A stretch of 64,000 nucleotides of DNA from Patescibacteria group bacterium (GCA_034659915.1 JAYEID010000013.1:10627-74626), one strand, 5' to 3'. Positions 26,560-36,690 are shown, counted from the first letter of the stretch. Notes: generated by a model not told the origin, from the sequence alone. Program-made: numbers and translations.

Positions 26560-26775
26560 CTGCCCCCTTTCAATTTTGATGTATTATTAGTTTAGTTCGC
26601 TAGCCCGCTTCGCGACTTGTGTCGACACCGGTGCAAGGCGAGCTGGTGGATTGGCATCCTGTTAGTTATTTACTTATGAATTTAAAAACTTCGCAACAAG
26701 CTCTGTCTTTTTTTTACGGAAGAGGGAAATCCTTTTTGGGTTTTTTACAAAACTTCCACGGGAAATATTTATCCT

Positions 26776-27447
26776 TTGGAAGTGGGTTATGGAGAAATTA
26801 GTTCTGGCAATGTTCCCTATGATAAAAAAGTAACAGTAGAGGCATGTAAAACAGGCTGTGCTCTTTTCGGCAAAGGTGGTGGCTGTCCGCCGTATTCTCC
26901 GGATTTTCAACAAATTAAAAAGAAATTTCCTTATGCACAAGCAATTTATTCTCGCCTTTATACTCGTTACTACCCGCCAAAAGTGGCCCGCGCAAGTTTT
27001 TATATCCGCTGGAATTTCGTTAAGGCGCTAATGGAAAGAAAAATTGCAAATGTGGGTTATTTTTTAAGGGAACAGTTGGGAGGTTTTTTCTTGTCAGCGG
27101 GTCCTTGCCACGGCTGCGGCAACAAAACTTGTGCCTTTAAAGAAGGTGAAAAGAAATGTAGAAAGCCAGAAAAGAGAGTGTTTTCGCTGGAATCAACAGG
27201 AGTTTTGGCAAATGAGTTAGTGGAAAAATTGTTTGGGTTTAGGCTCTTGTGGTTTGATAAAGAGCGTGAGGATTATATTCCCGAATATATGGTAAACGTA
27301 ATTTTACTGATGACCAAGAACAGCGTACCAGAGAATTTGTTGGGTGATTGTGTGCGCGAATATTACCAAAATATACCCGGTGCTTATTTTCCCGTTACTG
27401 ATGAGGAGAGAGAAAACATACTTGGAAGGAATTGGGAGGATAGATGA
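26776..27447 (+). CDS. Cys-rich predicted metal-binding protein (DUF2284-like)
   Basis: Motifs CKTGCALFGKGGGCPPY and GPCHGCGNKTCAFKEGEKKC; the TTG start is uncertain, and an upstream ORF in another frame (26619-26801) overlaps it. Confidence 0.45.
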   Translation: MEVGYGEISSGNVPYDKKVTVEACKTGCALFGKGGGCPPYSPDFQQIKKKFPYAQAIYSRLYTRYYPPKVARASFYIRWNFVKALMERKIANVGYFLREQLGGFFLSAGPCHGCGNKTCAFKEGEKKCRKPEKRVFSLESTGVLANELVEKLFGFRLLWFDKEREDYIPEYMVNVILLMTKNSVPENLLGDCVREYYQNIPGAYFPVTDEERENILGRNWEDR

Positions 27448-27495
27448 GAAGGGTGTTGTTTCATTAATTTAGTGTATTGATATACCGAAGGGGGT

Positions 27496-27810
27496 GTGAC
27501 TTTTGTGACGAAAATATCTCGATATGGTTTAAAAGGAGAGCAAAAAGAAAAATTTATTAAGGAGCTTTGGGATCTTTTTGCGTCCTTTGAAGATGCTGAA
27601 GCAGCCAAAAACTTTCTTGCACATTATTTAACATCTGCTGAAGTAATTATTTTTGCCAAAAGATGGCAAGCGCTCAAGTGCCTTGCGAAAAAACAATCTT
27701 ATGGTGAAATCGGAAAGAAGCTAAAAATGAGTTCGACAACTCTTTCTCGTTATAGCAATCGTATGCGGGCAAATAATAAGTTTTGCGATGAGGTAGCTCG
27801 ACGCTTGTAG
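27496..27810 (+). CDS. TrpR-like DNA-binding protein (YerC/YecD family), second paralog
   Basis: LTSAEVIIFAKRWQALKCLAKKQSYGEIGKKLKMSSTTLSRYS HTH; the GTG at 27505 fits the AAGGGGG RBS better than the GTG at 27496. Confidence 0.6.
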   Translation: MTFVTKISRYGLKGEQKEKFIKELWDLFASFEDAEAAKNFLAHYLTSAEVIIFAKRWQALKCLAKKQSYGEIGKKLKMSSTTLSRYSNRMRANNKFCDEVARRL

Positions 27811-27974
27811 AAGAGCTGCGGGGTGGTATACCATTAATTTAGTTTATTGATACACTAGCTGGGGAGCTACGAATTAGAAGTCTGGAGAAGATATGGATGT
27901 TTTATCATGGACGTTTTATTAAAGGATTTCTATTTTTGTAATAGGACACTAGGATCTTGTGGTAGTATTTCAGC

Positions 27975-28706
27975 ATGACTCCGGAAGAATTTGTTCAAAA
28001 AGTAGTTTTTAGCTATGAACAAGGAGAGGGTGTTTTTATGGATAAGGTTAATGCAGAGGATCACTTACCTTCCAATGCTAGTGCTTTGTCCAAAGCACTT
28101 TTCCTTTTTTATGTAATTCAGTTGGATTACGCAACAAGGTCGCAGAGGTTGTATGCTAATGCGAGGAGTTTGGTTGAAGAGAATTCACGTGCGTTCAGCC
28201 CTTATTATATTTCCAGTTTGGATAACGAAGAATTGAGGGAATTACTTGATAAGTTGTCTCCTCGTTATAGCAACGAAGCAGCCCGGCGCTATAAAGTAAA
28301 CTCTTTGAAACTTCTTGAAGAATATTCTGGGGATCCCCGAATAATTTTTGAAAGCTACGGCCAGGCAGTTAAGGTGCTGGGAAGGGTTAAGGAGTTTCGC
28401 GGGTTTGGGCCCAAGATTGGTAATTTTTTTGTTCGGGCTATGGTTAATACCTTTGGTTATGAATATGATGACGTTGAGGAGTTGCTGCCTCCAGTGGATA
28501 TACATGATGTACGCATTGCTTATTTATTAGGTTTTGTGAATAATGCTGAGATGACAGGGGCAAATGTGAATAGGGTAAAAGAACTTTGGGGCTCCGCGTG
28601 TAAAAACGCCGGTGAAAGTTGGTTGGTTTTTGACAGGGCTTTATGGCTTTTGGGTTCAGAGGGTAAACCCGGTTCCAAAGATGATGTTCTAAATCTTATT
28701 AGGTAA
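27975..28706 (+). CDS. HhH-GPD superfamily protein (putative DNA glycosylase)
   Basis: Helix-hairpin-helix GFGPKIGNFFVRAM followed by PPVDIHDVRIAYLLG (VDxH, Asp-containing GPD-like segment). Confidence 0.55.
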   Translation: MTPEEFVQKVVFSYEQGEGVFMDKVNAEDHLPSNASALSKALFLFYVIQLDYATRSQRLYANARSLVEENSRAFSPYYISSLDNEELRELLDKLSPRYSNEAARRYKVNSLKLLEEYSGDPRIIFESYGQAVKVLGRVKEFRGFGPKIGNFFVRAMVNTFGYEYDDVEELLPPVDIHDVRIAYLLGFVNNAEMTGANVNRVKELWGSACKNAGESWLVFDRALWLLGSEGKPGSKDDVLNLIR

Positions 28707-28708
28707 AA

Positions 28709-29416
28709 ATGTCTGTTGTCGCACGAAGTTTTTATAAGGGAAAGACTACGAGTATTGCTAAAAACCTTTTGGGAAAGGTTTTGGTTCGCCACGTAAAGCC
28801 CACGGAGAGTGGGTCACGTGCCACCGAAGTTGAGAATGAAATAAACAAGAAAGGAATAATCGTAGAGACGGAGGCTTATTTAGGACCGGAGGATAAGGCT
28901 TGCCATTCCTTCAGAGGGAAGACAGAAAGAACGGAGGTAATGTTTGGACCGGCGGGGCATGCTTATGTTTATTTGGTTTACGGAATTCATTATATGTTTA
29001 ATATTGTGACTGAGGCTCCGGGAGAAGCTGTTTTGGTTCGAGCACTTGAACCCCTTGGTGGTGAATTTGGTAAACGCATTGCTTCCGGTCCGGGTAAACT
29101 GACAAAGTGGCTTAATATTGATAAAAGCTTCAACGGTTGGGATTTGACCAAGGGGGAGGGGTTGTGGATTTCCCATGAGCCGCGATCTTCGCCGTACCTG
29201 CTTGCCGGCAAGGCGGGTTCCCCAGCCCATGGGGCTGCGGCCAGAGAAGCCCCAGGGGCGTCTCTTGCGGCGGAGGATTTAGACCACGGAAATTTCGAAA
29301 TTTCTTCCGCAAAAAGAGTTGGTGTAGATTACGCCGAAGAGTGGTCGGAAAAACCGCTTCGTTTTTTCATCAAAGATAATCCCGCTGTTTCTACAGCGCA
29401 GGACTCCTTATGTTAA
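28709..29416 (+). CDS. 3-methyladenine DNA glycosylase (MPG/AAG family)
   Basis: VETEAYLGPEDKACHSFRGKTERTEVMFGPAGHAYVYLVYGIHYMFNIV matches the MPG family; carries the in-frame GC-rich repeat at 29191-29269. Confidence 0.8.
   Translation: MSVVARSFYKGKTTSIAKNLLGKVLVRHVKPTESGSRATEVENEINKKGIIVETEAYLGPEDKACHSFRGKTERTEVMFGPAGHAYVYLVYGIHYMFNIVTEAPGEAVLVRALEPLGGEFGKRIASGPGKLTKWLNIDKSFNGWDLTKGEGLWISHEPRSSPYLLAGKAGSPAHGAAAREAPGASLAAEDLDHGNFEISSAKRVGVDYAEEWSEKPLRFFIKDNPAVSTAQDSLC
29191..29269. repeat. GC-rich palindromic repeat element inserted in-frame in the MPG glycosylase gene (copy 2)
   Basis: Same element and same translated frame as copy 1 (LAGKAGSPAHGAAAREAPGAS). Confidence 0.85.
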
Positions 29417-30331
29417 GTGATCAAAGCGCCAAAGGCCTACCTCTCGTGCCTTTTGTACCGCGTTTTTAAACTCTTCCTTAGTAATTGTGCGAGAAAGTTT
29501 GGGGTAATTGGATGCATTGTGTGTGGGGCGATACTGGTCCATAATATTTACGTAAGTATTTTTCGAAATTTTTTTGGCGAGGAAGTTCATCACTTGCTTT
29601 GTTCCTGCAATATTGTTGGGTAAGATTAAGTGCCGGACCAAAAGACCTTTTTTAGCAATTCCTTCATCATTTATTTTTAGGTCTCCCGCTTGATGGTGCA
29701 TTTCCTTTATAGCTTTGCGTGCTGTGTCCCAATAATCTGGTACTCCCGAATATTTTTCCCCCATTTTATTTTCCGAATATTTGATATCTGGCATGTAAAT
29801 AGCGATAACCCCTTCCAACAGTTTTAGTGTTTCAGGACGGTCGTAGCCTCCTGTGTTGTAGACGAGAGGGAGATTTAAGCCATCTTTTTTCGCAAGTGAA
29901 AGCGCTTTCAAAATTTGGGGCACCCAGATGGAGGGGGAGACGAGGTTGATATTGTGACAGCCTTGTTTTTGTAACTTGAGCATTGTTTGTGCTAATTCTT
30001 GAATAGTGATAACTTGCCCCATTCTTTGTTGAGAAATCCTAAAGTTTTGGCAGTACACACAGGAGAGGTTACAAGAAGTGAAGAAAATGGTTCCGGAACC
30101 GTTGTGACCCACAAGACATTTTTCCTCACCAAAGTGGGGGTGAGCAGAAGATATTACTGGAGCTTCCCTCATACCACAGATCCCGGTAGGTGCGTTTTTA
30201 TCGGTCCGGCTAACTCCACATTCCCAAGGACAAATTTGGCATGGAGCTAATAATTCTTGTCCCCTTTCAATTTTATGCTTCCAATCCTTTTTGGAAAGTG
30301 ACAGATATTTTGGTTTCATCATTTTTATCAT
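29408..30331 (-). CDS. Radical SAM protein (PflX/PflA-like activating-enzyme family)
   Basis: CNLSCVYCQN radical-SAM cluster motif and an N-terminal CQICPWEC; 307 aa. Confidence 0.8.
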   Translation of the reverse strand: MIKMMKPKYLSLSKKDWKHKIERGQELLAPCQICPWECGVSRTDKNAPTGICGMREAPVISSAHPHFGEEKCLVGHNGSGTIFFTSCNLSCVYCQNFRISQQRMGQVITIQELAQTMLKLQKQGCHNINLVSPSIWVPQILKALSLAKKDGLNLPLVYNTGGYDRPETLKLLEGVIAIYMPDIKYSENKMGEKYSGVPDYWDTARKAIKEMHHQAGDLKINDEGIAKKGLLVRHLILPNNIAGTKQVMNFLAKKISKNTYVNIMDQYRPTHNASNYPKLSRTITKEEFKNAVQKAREVGLWRFDHLT

Positions 30332-30357
30332 AGCAAATAACCTGTTTTTTAGTAGTT

Positions 30358-30387
30358 TGGCTTTTAGTATGGAAAATTAGTATAATG
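30358..30387 (+). promoter_or_regulatory. Sigma70-like promoter candidate for the yjbQ-mscL unit
   Basis: TTGGCT, 18 nt spacer, TATAAT (30382-30387); about 28 nt upstream of the GTG at 30415. Confidence 0.4.
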
Positions 30388-30414
30388 CGAAGACAACTGT
30401 GTTAAAATAAATTT

Positions 30415-30833
30415 GTGAAGGAACTAGAGTTTGAGACAAATCGAAAGTACCAGCTAATAGACATAACTTCGGAGGTAGAGGAGGTCGTTGTTAATGCTGG
30501 TGTAGAAGAAGGTCTGTGTCTTGTTTTTGTGCCCACGCCACAGCAGCAATAATTTTGGAAGAAAATGAAAGCGGATTGAAGCAGGACTTTGTTAAGTTCT
30601 TTAAGAACTTAGCAGAGAAAGAAGGCTGGAAACATGATTGTATTGATGACAACGCCTCAGCGCATTTATTGGCAGGGTTTATTGGACAGTCTCGTGTTTT
30701 ACCAATTTCCGAAGGTGAGCTTGTACGCGGTACTTGGCAAAATATTTTTCTTGTGGAGTTAGACGGCCCACGCAGATTGCGGCGTGTTTGTATTTCTATT
30801 CAACCCGGAAATGGAAAGTATCAAAGAATTTAA
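30415..30833 (+). pseudogene. YjbQ/UPF0047-family gene interrupted by a 1-nt frameshift at a CCC homopolymer (30532-30534)
   Basis: N-terminal part (ELEFETNRKYQLIDITSEVEEVVVNAGVEEGLCLVFVP) reads in frame +1 from the GTG at 30415 and stops at 30549. The rest (HATAAIILEENESGL...GTWQNIFLVELDGPRRLRRV) continues in the frame of ORF 30516-30833. Inserting one C in CCC restores VFVPHATAAI. Confidence 0.6.
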
Positions 30834-31149
30834 GAAAAACAATAAATTCCTTAGCGAGTTCTTCTCCTTTCTAAAGGAGTATAAGATTATTGGGTTGGGT
30901 ATAGCTGTTGTTGTTGGTGGGGCTGTGCGGGACCTTTCTACTTCTTTAGCTGAAGATATAATTATGCCTATTGTTGAGGTTTTGATCCCTGGTGGTGGCT
31001 GGCGGGAAGCGGTGCTAAAGATTGGTCCGGTTCAGTTATCTATCGGCAGCTTTTTGGGTTCAGTTATTGATTTTCTAATTATTGCATTAGTAGTTTTTAT
31101 TTTCTACAAATTTATTTTAGGGAAAGAAGAGATTGATAAGGTTGGTTAG
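30811..31149 (+). CDS. mscL: Large-conductance mechanosensitive channel MscL
   Basis: MESIKEFKKNNKFLSEFFSFLKEYKIIGLGIAVVVGGAVRDLSTSLAEDIIMP matches MscL TM1; the ORF-track start at 30784 is an extension overlapping yjbQ. Confidence 0.85.
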   Translation: MESIKEFKKNNKFLSEFFSFLKEYKIIGLGIAVVVGGAVRDLSTSLAEDIIMPIVEVLIPGGGWREAVLKIGPVQLSIGSFLGSVIDFLIIALVVFIFYKFILGKEEIDKVG

Positions 31150-31395
31150 TTAGAGAGGTTAGCAAACCCCTAAGTTTCTCAACAGTTTTTGTTGAAACAC
31201 CTTCCCAAAGCCCTTTTATCTGTTTCCTGTTTTTAGCTTCCGGCTTCTATACTTTAGTACTTAAAATTTTGAATTTGAAATTTAGAAATTGAAGTCCGTC
31301 TTAATTTTTGTATTAACAGAGTTCGGGTTTTACCGAGACCATTGCTGTAAACATCTGCCTGTGTTATCATCTTTTCCTAGAAAGGCAATTTTATT

Positions 31396-32694
31396 ATGAT
31401 CCAAACGGAATTTTCAGCAGCATTGAACCAAGTTTGTGCTGAACGAGGTTTAGAGCCAGAAAAAGTATTAGAAGCGGTAGAAGAAGCCCTTCTTACAGCT
31501 TATCTTAAAGATCATCCCGAGGTGGAAAGTGAGTCCGAATCCTTTGAAGTTAAATTGGATCCGGAAACAGGTGAGGCACGTATTTTGAAGGAGGGTGATG
31601 ATGTGACACCTTCGGGGTTTGGACGCATTGCAGCTCAGACAGCAAAGCAAATTATTTTTCAGAGAGTTCGCGAGGCAGAGAAGGAGGCTTTAGCAGGGGA
31701 ATATGAGAAAAAAATAGGTGCTATTGTGAATGGTTATATTTTTAGGAAGGATAAAGGTGTAGTTGTTTTGGATCTGGAGCGTACTCAGGGAATTATGCCT
31801 CCGGGAGAGCAGGTTCCGGGCGAGAATTATTCTTTGAACCAGCAGCTCAAGGTTTTGGTAGCTGAGGTGCGCGAAGGTCCGCGAGGTCCTGAAGTAATAG
31901 TTTCTAGATCTAGACCTGAGTTTGTGAAACAGCTTTTTGTATTGGAAGTTCCAGAAATAGATTCCGGTACGGTAGTGATAGAGGCAGTGGCGAGAGAAGC
32001 AGGGCAAAGGACCAAGATTGCAGCTTCTTCTGCAAGTAAAAATGTGGATCCTGTAGGTTCTTTGGTAGGTCAAAAAGGCGTACGTGTTCAATCTGTGATT
32101 AGGGAATTAGGTCATGAGAAGATTGATATTATTGAGTATAGTGCAGATCCAGCCCGGTTTATTGCTAATGCCCTTTCTCCGGCAGATGTAACAAGTGTAG
32201 TTTTGGATGAAGAAACAGAAACAGCAACCGTTTCTGTTCCAGAGGACCAGCTATCTTTGGCAATTGGTAAAGGTGGTCAAAATGTGAGGTTAGCCGCTAA
32301 ATTAACAGGTTGGCGTATTGATATTCGTGGTCCTGAGGGCCAGCCGTTGGGTAGTGGTGTTGAAGGTGCTACAAGTTTAGAGGTGTTGGACCTTCCTACT
32401 CGAGTGGAAAATTGTTTGGAGGAAGCAGGGTTTTCTACAGTCGAAGAATTAGCTTCTCTGTCCGAGGAGGAGTTAAGTGAAATGGAGGGAATTGGGGCTA
32501 AATCTATTGAGAAAATTGTGAAAGCTTTAGAAACAGCAGATTTAGAGGAAGCGGGGGAAGAGGATAAAGAAAGTGAAGATGAGGATAGTGAAAATGTGCT
32601 TGAAGAGGAAATAGAGGAAGAAGGTGTTGAGGAGGAAAGGGAACCGGAGGACGAGGAGGAAAAGGAAAAAGATGTGGAAAAGCAGGAAAATTAA
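31396..32694 (+). CDS. nusA: Transcription termination/antitermination factor NusA
   Basis: N-terminal domain, S1, two KH domains (GQKGVRVQSVIRELG; GKGGQNVRLAAKLTG), a C-terminal HhH-like segment and an acidic tail. Confidence 0.92.
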   Translation: MIQTEFSAALNQVCAERGLEPEKVLEAVEEALLTAYLKDHPEVESESESFEVKLDPETGEARILKEGDDVTPSGFGRIAAQTAKQIIFQRVREAEKEALAGEYEKKIGAIVNGYIFRKDKGVVVLDLERTQGIMPPGEQVPGENYSLNQQLKVLVAEVREGPRGPEVIVSRSRPEFVKQLFVLEVPEIDSGTVVIEAVAREAGQRTKIAASSASKNVDPVGSLVGQKGVRVQSVIRELGHEKIDIIEYSADPARFIANALSPADVTSVVLDEETETATVSVPEDQLSLAIGKGGQNVRLAAKLTGWRIDIRGPEGQPLGSGVEGATSLEVLDLPTRVENCLEEAGFSTVEELASLSEEELSEMEGIGAKSIEKIVKALETADLEEAGEEDKESEDEDSENVLEEEIEEEGVEEEREPEDEEEKEKDVEKQEN

Positions 32695-32807
32695 ACCAGG
32701 TAAGGAATAAACCTTTTTGGACACAGGTAAAAAAGTTAAATTAGGCAGGATTAATTAGGTCAATTTTAAGAAATTGTTGTGAATTGTAAATACGTTAGCA
32801 AAATCAA

Positions 32808-34265
32808 ATGTCAGAAGAAAGCCCCGCCAAAAATTTGGTTCCGCGTCCCCCTGTGGTTACTCTTCTTGGCCATGTAGACCATGGCAAAACCTCTCTTTTG
32901 TCAAGAATTAAAGATCAAGATCTAACTCTCAAAGAGTTTGGTGGTATTTCTCAACACACTAATGCATACCAAGTAACTACAGAATTTGAGGGAGAAGAGA
33001 AGAAAATTACTTTTATTGATACTCCTGGGCATGCTGCTTTTTCGAAAATGCGGTCTCGCGGTGGACAAATTGCTGATCTTGTCATTCTTGTGGTAGCAGC
33101 AGATGACGGTGTCCAACCTCAGACTAAGGAGGCTGTTCAATTTGCGCGGGAAGCAGGTGTAGAAATAATGGTCGCATTGAACAAAATAGATTTAGATCAC
33201 GCTCGACCAGAGGAAGTAAAACAAGAACTCACTGAACTTGGATTGAATCCTGAAGATTGGGGCGGTACTACAACAATTATTGAAACTTCTGCTATAAGTG
33301 GAAAGGGTGTGGAGGAGCTTTTGGAAATGATCTTGCTTTGGGCAGAAACTACTGGGTTAGTGGCTGATATTGAAGCTCCCTTTGATGGTGTAATTGTTGA
33401 ATCGCATTTAGACCCTCGTTGTGGACCAGTAGCAACTGTGCTGGTGCGAGAAGGGATGTTGAAGAAAAGTATGGTAGTTTATGCTGGTGAAACAGAAGCT
33501 AAGGTTAAAGCAATGTTTCTAGGTAAAGAAGGTGTGGAAAAAGCGATGCCTGCTGATCCCGTGGAGGTGTTGGGTTTTAAAGATGTACCTACAGTAGGAA
33601 GTCCAGTTTCGGAAGAGAAGGTGCAGCACGAGAAGGGGAGGAGAAAGATGCTGATTGATTTAAATAAGAAGGATGAAAAGACCCTAAATTTGGTGCTTAA
33701 AGCAGATGCGGTGGGAACAGCACAAGCGGTAGAAGCTTCGGTAGAAAATATTAGCATGGGAGATTTTAAAACGCAGATTGTACACTGTGGAGTGGGAAGT
33801 ATTACGGAAAATGATATTCGCTTGGCTGCGGATTCTGATGCATATGTTCTTGCTTTTAACACCAGTTTTTCCTTAGGTGCGGAGAATCTTGCGGAGGAGT
33901 TGGGTGTTCCAGTGGCAAAGTTCAATATTATTTATAAGTTGATTGAAAGAGTTAACGACCTGCTTGAGGAAAAGAAAAGGGAATATGAAGGTCAGCTTCC
34001 GGGTATGGGTCAGGTTATTAAGGTTTTTACTCTCCCCCTTTCTGATGACAAGATAGCTGGTTCCAGACTCTTAGCTGGTTCGATGGAGGTGGGAGACCGA
34101 GTAAAGATTACTAGAGATGCTGATGAAGTTCATAAAGCGCGAATTAAATCTATAGAGAGTAAAAGGGAGGAAGTTGAAAAAGCAGTGAAAGGTCAGGAAG
34201 TTGGCCTTTACCTCAAGCCCCAGTTCAAAAACATTAAAGTAGGAGATGTTATTGAGGTAATTTGA
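32808..34265 (+). CDS. infB: Translation initiation factor IF-2 (minimal form, 485 aa)
   Basis: G domain [20 protein letters not shown]; the C-terminal beta-barrels; nusA-infB synteny. Confidence 0.9.
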   Translation: MSEESPAKNLVPRPPVVTLLGHVDHGKTSLLSRIKDQDLTLKEFGGISQHTNAYQVTTEFEGEEKKITFIDTPGHAAFSKMRSRGGQIADLVILVVAADDGVQPQTKEAVQFAREAGVEIMVALNKIDLDHARPEEVKQELTELGLNPEDWGGTTTIIETSAISGKGVEELLEMILLWAETTGLVADIEAPFDGVIVESHLDPRCGPVATVLVREGMLKKSMVVYAGETEAKVKAMFLGKEGVEKAMPADPVEVLGFKDVPTVGSPVSEEKVQHEKGRRKMLIDLNKKDEKTLNLVLKADAVGTAQAVEASVENISMGDFKTQIVHCGVGSITENDIRLAADSDAYVLAFNTSFSLGAENLAEELGVPVAKFNIIYKLIERVNDLLEEKKREYEGQLPGMGQVIKVFTLPLSDDKIAGSRLLAGSMEVGDRVKITRDADEVHKARIKSIESKREEVEKAVKGQEVGLYLKPQFKNIKVGDVIEVI

Positions 34266-34269
34266 TTAA

Positions 34270-34340
34270 GAATTAGTAACTGGTAACTTGTTACAGGTTA
34301 AGAGTTAAAATGGGTTGTTACTAGTTACGAGTCTCGTGTT
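34270..34340. repeat. Palindrome-rich convergent intergenic region (likely bidirectional terminator)
   Basis: AGTAACTGGTAAC (34275-34287) pairs with GTTACTAGTTAC (34317-34328); internal palindromes GTAACTTGTTAC and ACGAGTCTCGT; lies between convergent infB and the dnaJ-like gene. Confidence 0.4.
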
Positions 34341-34439
34341 ACCAATTTCTATTTTCCTCCTTTCCGCACAATTTTGTTATACCAACACCTATTAACTAAC
34401 TAGTAATGTTTCTTCTGTAGTAATTCTCTGGCAAGCTGC

Positions 34440-35393
34440 TTAGGATTTCCTCAGTTTTTTTAACAAATCTCGTTCTTTTTTCGATAAGCTTTTTGGAATT
34501 CTAATATTTATTTTTACATAAGCGTCCCCCCTACCCCGTCCGTGAAGATAAGGCATACCTTTTCCTCTAAGGCGAAAAACATCTCCAGGTTGGGTGCCGG
34601 CAGGAATTTTTAGTTTGGATATTTCCACGGCGTTAGGCTTTTGGGGGTCAACGACCTTGACCGGGACTTCGGTTCCCAGCATAGCGTCAATTGCTGAAGT
34701 TTCCTTTTCAATATAGATGTCCGACCCTCGTAATGTGATTCCGGGTGGTGTTTGTACTCTTACACGCACATAAAGGTCGCCTTGCGGGAGTTTGTGACCT
34801 TCTCTATCCCGTGCTTGTCCGCCCGCCCCGGCAAATTTTAGTTCCAACCCATCCCGTGCTCCTTCGGGAATTCGGATTTTTATCTCCCGCCCGTTGTAAT
34901 TAATTTTCTCCTGAGTTCCTTTTACAGCCTTGGGAAAATCTATAGTGATTTCCGCACGTAGGTCTTTTCCCTTTCTTTTACGACGGAACCCGCTAAAGGG
35001 AGACCCACCGCCAAAAAAAGTTGAAAATGCGTCCCCGAAAAGATCTTCAAAATCAATATCCTCTCCGCCGCTGGTATAGGTGTAAGTAAACGGCCCTTGC
35101 CGTCTGCCCCCTGAGGTTTGACCAAACCCAAAGGGCCCGCCGCCGCCAAATCCTTGTCCAAAACCTCCGGTTTCCGAAAAAGCCGCATCGCCAAACTGGT
35201 CATAGGCTTGTTTCTTTTTAGGATCTGACAAAACTTGGTAAGCTTCGTTTATCTTTTTGAAGCGTTCTTCGTCCTTCTCACTAGATTTTGCATCTGGGTG
35301 ATACTTCTTAGCCTTTTCCCGGTAAGCTTTCTTTATTTCCTCTTGATTTGCATTTTTTGACACGCCTAAAATGTCATAATAGTTTTTAGCCAT
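34440..35393 (-). CDS. J-domain co-chaperone (DnaJ/CbpA-like, no zinc-finger domain)
   Basis: J domain YYDILGV...[14 protein letters not shown]; G/F-rich region; C-terminal substrate-binding domains; no CxxCxGxG repeats. Confidence 0.8.
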   Translation of the reverse strand: MAKNYYDILGVSKNANQEEIKKAYREKAKKYHPDAKSSEKDEERFKKINEAYQVLSDPKKKQAYDQFGDAAFSETGGFGQGFGGGGPFGFGQTSGGRRQGPFTYTYTSGGEDIDFEDLFGDAFSTFFGGGSPFSGFRRKRKGKDLRAEITIDFPKAVKGTQEKINYNGREIKIRIPEGARDGLELKFAGAGGQARDREGHKLPQGDLYVRVRVQTPPGITLRGSDIYIEKETSAIDAMLGTEVPVKVVDPQKPNAVEISKLKIPAGTQPGDVFRLRGKGMPYLHGRGRGDAYVKINIRIPKSLSKKERDLLKKLRKS

Positions 35394-35569
35394 TGCTTTT
35401 AAATTTTAACAAGAAACGCCCCAATTTTTAAGTGGTGGTAGCGGTTTTCCTATAGAAGAAATTTGGCTTTGGTATAATAAAGTCAGGTTACTGAGTAGTA
35501 TTGGGTTGGGATGTTGATTGTCTACCTTGCGTATTTAATCTTTTGGTTTTCAATTGGGTATGATAGGAT

Positions 35570-36604
35570 GTGCTGGTAGAAAAAAAAAGAATGTCTAAGT
35601 TTTTAAAAGTTACAATCTTCTTCCTCTTTTTACTTCCCATTTTGTTTTTTGGGGCTCGTGCTTATTATAAATTTGCCTTAAATCGGGAAGCGCAAATAGA
35701 TACTCCTAAGACTATAATTATTGAACCCGGGATGGGAATTTCTGAGATTGCAACACTTTTAAGTGATCAGGGTGTTATTAATTCCGAAGTTCTTTTTATA
35801 ATTTATGTCAAGCTTAATCACGGGAGCGCAAAATTACAGGCTGGCGAGTATCAAATTCCTGCTGACTTAAACTTGAAAGAGGTGGTTGAGCTATTGCAGC
35901 ATGGTACATTTGATATTAACCTCACTTTTTTGGAAGGGTGGCGTCGGGAGCAAATGGCAGAGTACTTACAAAAGGACCCACGTGCTCGAGGATTGGAGAA
36001 TATTTCTGGTGATGAGTTTTTGGCTTTGACCCAAGGCGAAGAAGGTTATTTATTTCCAGATACGTACCGTATTCCAAGAGATACTAGTACAAAAGAGCTG
36101 GTAGATCTAATGCGTAAAACTTTTGCGGAGAAAGTTGGAGAGGATCTTAGAGAAGATGCCAAAGAGACAGGTTTGTCCTTTCCAGAAGTGATTGTTTTGG
36201 CTTCTGTAGTGGAAAGAGAAGTACCTTCTGCTGAAGACCGTTCCAAAGTTGCGGGTATTTTGATTAAGAGGTTGCAAAATAATTGGCCCTTGGAAGCAGA
36301 TGCGACTGTTCAATACGCGGTGGCGAATGTTAGGTGTGGTGAGGGTAGTTTGGAGTGTGAGAATTGGTGGCCAAATCAACTAACTAAGACTGATTTGGCA
36401 TTAGATGATCCCTATAATACTCGAAAACATAAAGGTCTTCCTCCCGCTCCAATTTGCAATCCGGGCATTGATTCTATAAAGGCAGTGGTTAATTACGAAA
36501 AATCTCCGTATTGGTTTTATCTTTCTGATAAAGAGGGAAATACGCACTACTCTAAAACCCTTGACGAGCACCAGCAGAAGGTGTTAAAGTACTTGAGCGG
36601 CTAA
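35570..36604 (+). CDS. mltG: Endolytic murein transglycosylase MltG (YceG-like)
   Basis: N-terminal TM helix, YceG-like domain with LASVVEREV...LQ...DATVQYA motifs. Confidence 0.8.
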   Translation: MLVEKKRMSKFLKVTIFFLFLLPILFFGARAYYKFALNREAQIDTPKTIIIEPGMGISEIATLLSDQGVINSEVLFIIYVKLNHGSAKLQAGEYQIPADLNLKEVVELLQHGTFDINLTFLEGWRREQMAEYLQKDPRARGLENISGDEFLALTQGEEGYLFPDTYRIPRDTSTKELVDLMRKTFAEKVGEDLREDAKETGLSFPEVIVLASVVEREVPSAEDRSKVAGILIKRLQNNWPLEADATVQYAVANVRCGEGSLECENWWPNQLTKTDLALDDPYNTRKHKGLPPAPICNPGIDSIKAVVNYEKSPYWFYLSDKEGNTHYSKTLDEHQQKVLKYLSG

Positions 36605-36656
36605 AGGTTATTCCTTGCTGAGCTAAGGTAAATATTGATGTTTAATAGGTGGCCAG

Positions 36657-36690
36657 ACGGGCGCAAACCTGATTTGCGCTTGCTTTTTTA
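36657..36690 (+). terminator. Rho-independent terminator after mltG
   Basis: GGGCGCAAA-cctga-TTTGCGC hairpin followed by TTGCTTTTTTA. Confidence 0.55.

Noticed and set aside
26619-26801. 60-aa ORF upstream of and overlapping the DUF2284-like gene in another frame, possibly indicating a frameshift.
   Set aside because: No homology-supported junction could be reconstructed, unlike the yjbQ case, so it is not called a pseudogene.
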